Source: the human T2T-CHM13v2.0 reference genome, Homo sapiens
Length of the DNA: 64,000 bases
Assembly (NCBI RefSeq): GCF_009914755.1
Contig: NC_060932.1
Reading direction: 5' to 3' (one strand)
A model generated the notes under the pieces. The model was given only the letters and a program-made list of their open reading frames with translations, searched no databases and was not told the DNA's origin. Below, one piece after another: positions 62,608 to 64,000 of the stretch (the stretch's first letter is position 1; every line of letters starts with the position of its first letter). A program made the position numbers and the translations under genes.

Positions 62608-62967
62608 GTTATTAGTCCATTTCCCTACTGCTACAAAGAACTACCCGAGCCTGGGCAATTTATGAAGAAAAATAATGTTTAATTGACTCACAGTTTTGCA
62701 TGGCTGGGGAAGCCTCAAGAAACTTACAATCATGGCAGAAGGTGAAGGGAAAGCAAGGCACGTCTTACATGGTGGCAGGAGAGAGAGAGAATGAGAGAGG
62801 AGTGAACTGCCAAACACTTTTAAGCCATCAGATCTTGTGAGAACTCACTCACTATCATGAGAACAGTATGGGGAAAACCAACCCCATGATCTAATCACTC
62901 CCACCAGGTGCCTTCTTTGACATGTGGGGATTACAATTGGGTGGGGACACAGAGCCAAATCATATCA
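62608..62967 (-). mobile_element. THE1D/MSTA-type MaLR solo LTR
   Basis: TATTAGTCCATT...TTTAATTGACTCACAG...CTTACAATCATGGCAGAAGG...GGGACACAGAGCCAAATCATATCA. Confidence 0.9.
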
Positions 62968-63224
62968 GTAGGTAAGCCCCTCATTGTTCCTTAGTGGCTC
63001 CTATAGGGATACCACTAATTCCCTTTTTTTTTAAGGATGTGAAACACAAATTACAATACCTAAATATGATAATTCAACAAAGACACAAGTCCCTGCATCA
63101 TCAAGTACTCATTGAGAATGTGTCCTATTCTCAGTCTATTACATCCAAGCCTGGCATGTCCACTGATGTGCAAGTTTCCGCATGGGAAGCTCCCTGAGGG
63201 CAAGGGCAGAACTCTTGAGTTCAG

Positions 63225-63322
63225 CATGCAAGGCTTTCACAAGCTGTTTTTAGTCTATGTGTCCACTTCATTTCATGCAAGGCTTTCACAAGCTGTTTTT
63301 AGTCTATGTGTCCACTTCATTT
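63225..63322. repeat. Perfect 2 x 49-bp tandem duplication
   Basis: CATGCAAGGCTTTCACAAGCTGTTTTTAGTCTATGTGTCCACTTCATTT occurs at 63225-63273 and again at 63274-63322. Confidence 0.97.
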
Positions 63323-64000
63323 CTTGTCATTTCTCCCTTTTGTCCTGAATATCATGTTCTCTCTTCTCCCTAGAAAGCATTTTTCCCATTTCTACTTGGC
63401 AAAGTTCCCATCTCACTTTGAAAACCCAGCATAGATGTTGTTTTTGAGCAGTGGCAATGCCATGAGTACTTAGGCTCCAACAAGTAGAATCAGCTTCCCT
63501 CTCAAACACAGTATCAGTTCAAGATCATGGACCCTCCGCTATCTCCAGCCAGCCTGCAAGCCCTCAGCCCCTCACATGTATGAATACTAGAATAATCACT
63601 GTTTCCAGGCACCCTTGCTCTGTCCTCTAGGATGACTGTCTCTTTCTCTCTGTTCCCACAGTTTTTAAGTATACCTCCATTACACCACTCATCATAACAT
63701 ATTTTAATTGTTTTTGGCATATTGATTTTTCCATCTGAGAGCAGAAATTAATACTATACAGATTAAGTAGAGTGCTTAGAACACAATAGCATTCAATAAA
63801 TGCAGTTGACTTGCTGGTTCAAGACATTCTATCTATTCTAGCCTGACATACAGCACTTAGAAATTTTCACATAATTATTAATACATTTGCTCAATAGAGC
63901 ATGCATAAAACACTTAAACAAGAAAAAATAACCACTATTAACCAACAACTTGTTCCAAGTGTGCCTTTTCTACATTTGTTTATGATCTTTCGGTTTACAT

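Overview
AT-rich, repeat-rich human non-coding DNA (intergenic or deep intronic). The species call rests on a near-consensus AluYd8 and primate L1PA/THE1 elements. I recognise no host protein-coding exon, tRNA, rRNA or miRNA. The only long ORFs are broken ORF1/ORF2 pieces of an L1PA2/late-L1PA3-type LINE-1 (1-~5575, inserted in a THE1 LTR) and of a 5'-truncated minus-strand L1PA (~48.8-50.4 kb). The flanks hold old L2, MIR, MER5A, MER58, L1M and solo LTRs. A central ~18 kb (24.5-42.3 kb) is nearly transposon-free and carries candidate regulatory modules (tandem RFX X-boxes; a PBX/E-box/POU motif cluster) and candidate lncRNA exons. The most notable structures are a TSD-flanked composite insertion resembling an L1 3' transduction (21509-21923), a 126-bp inverted duplication (51878-52747), an old ~90-bp duplication split by the Alu, and a perfect 49-bp tandem duplication. 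I found no convincing new biological system. Repeat names were recalled by eye, and old-repeat boundaries are approximate.
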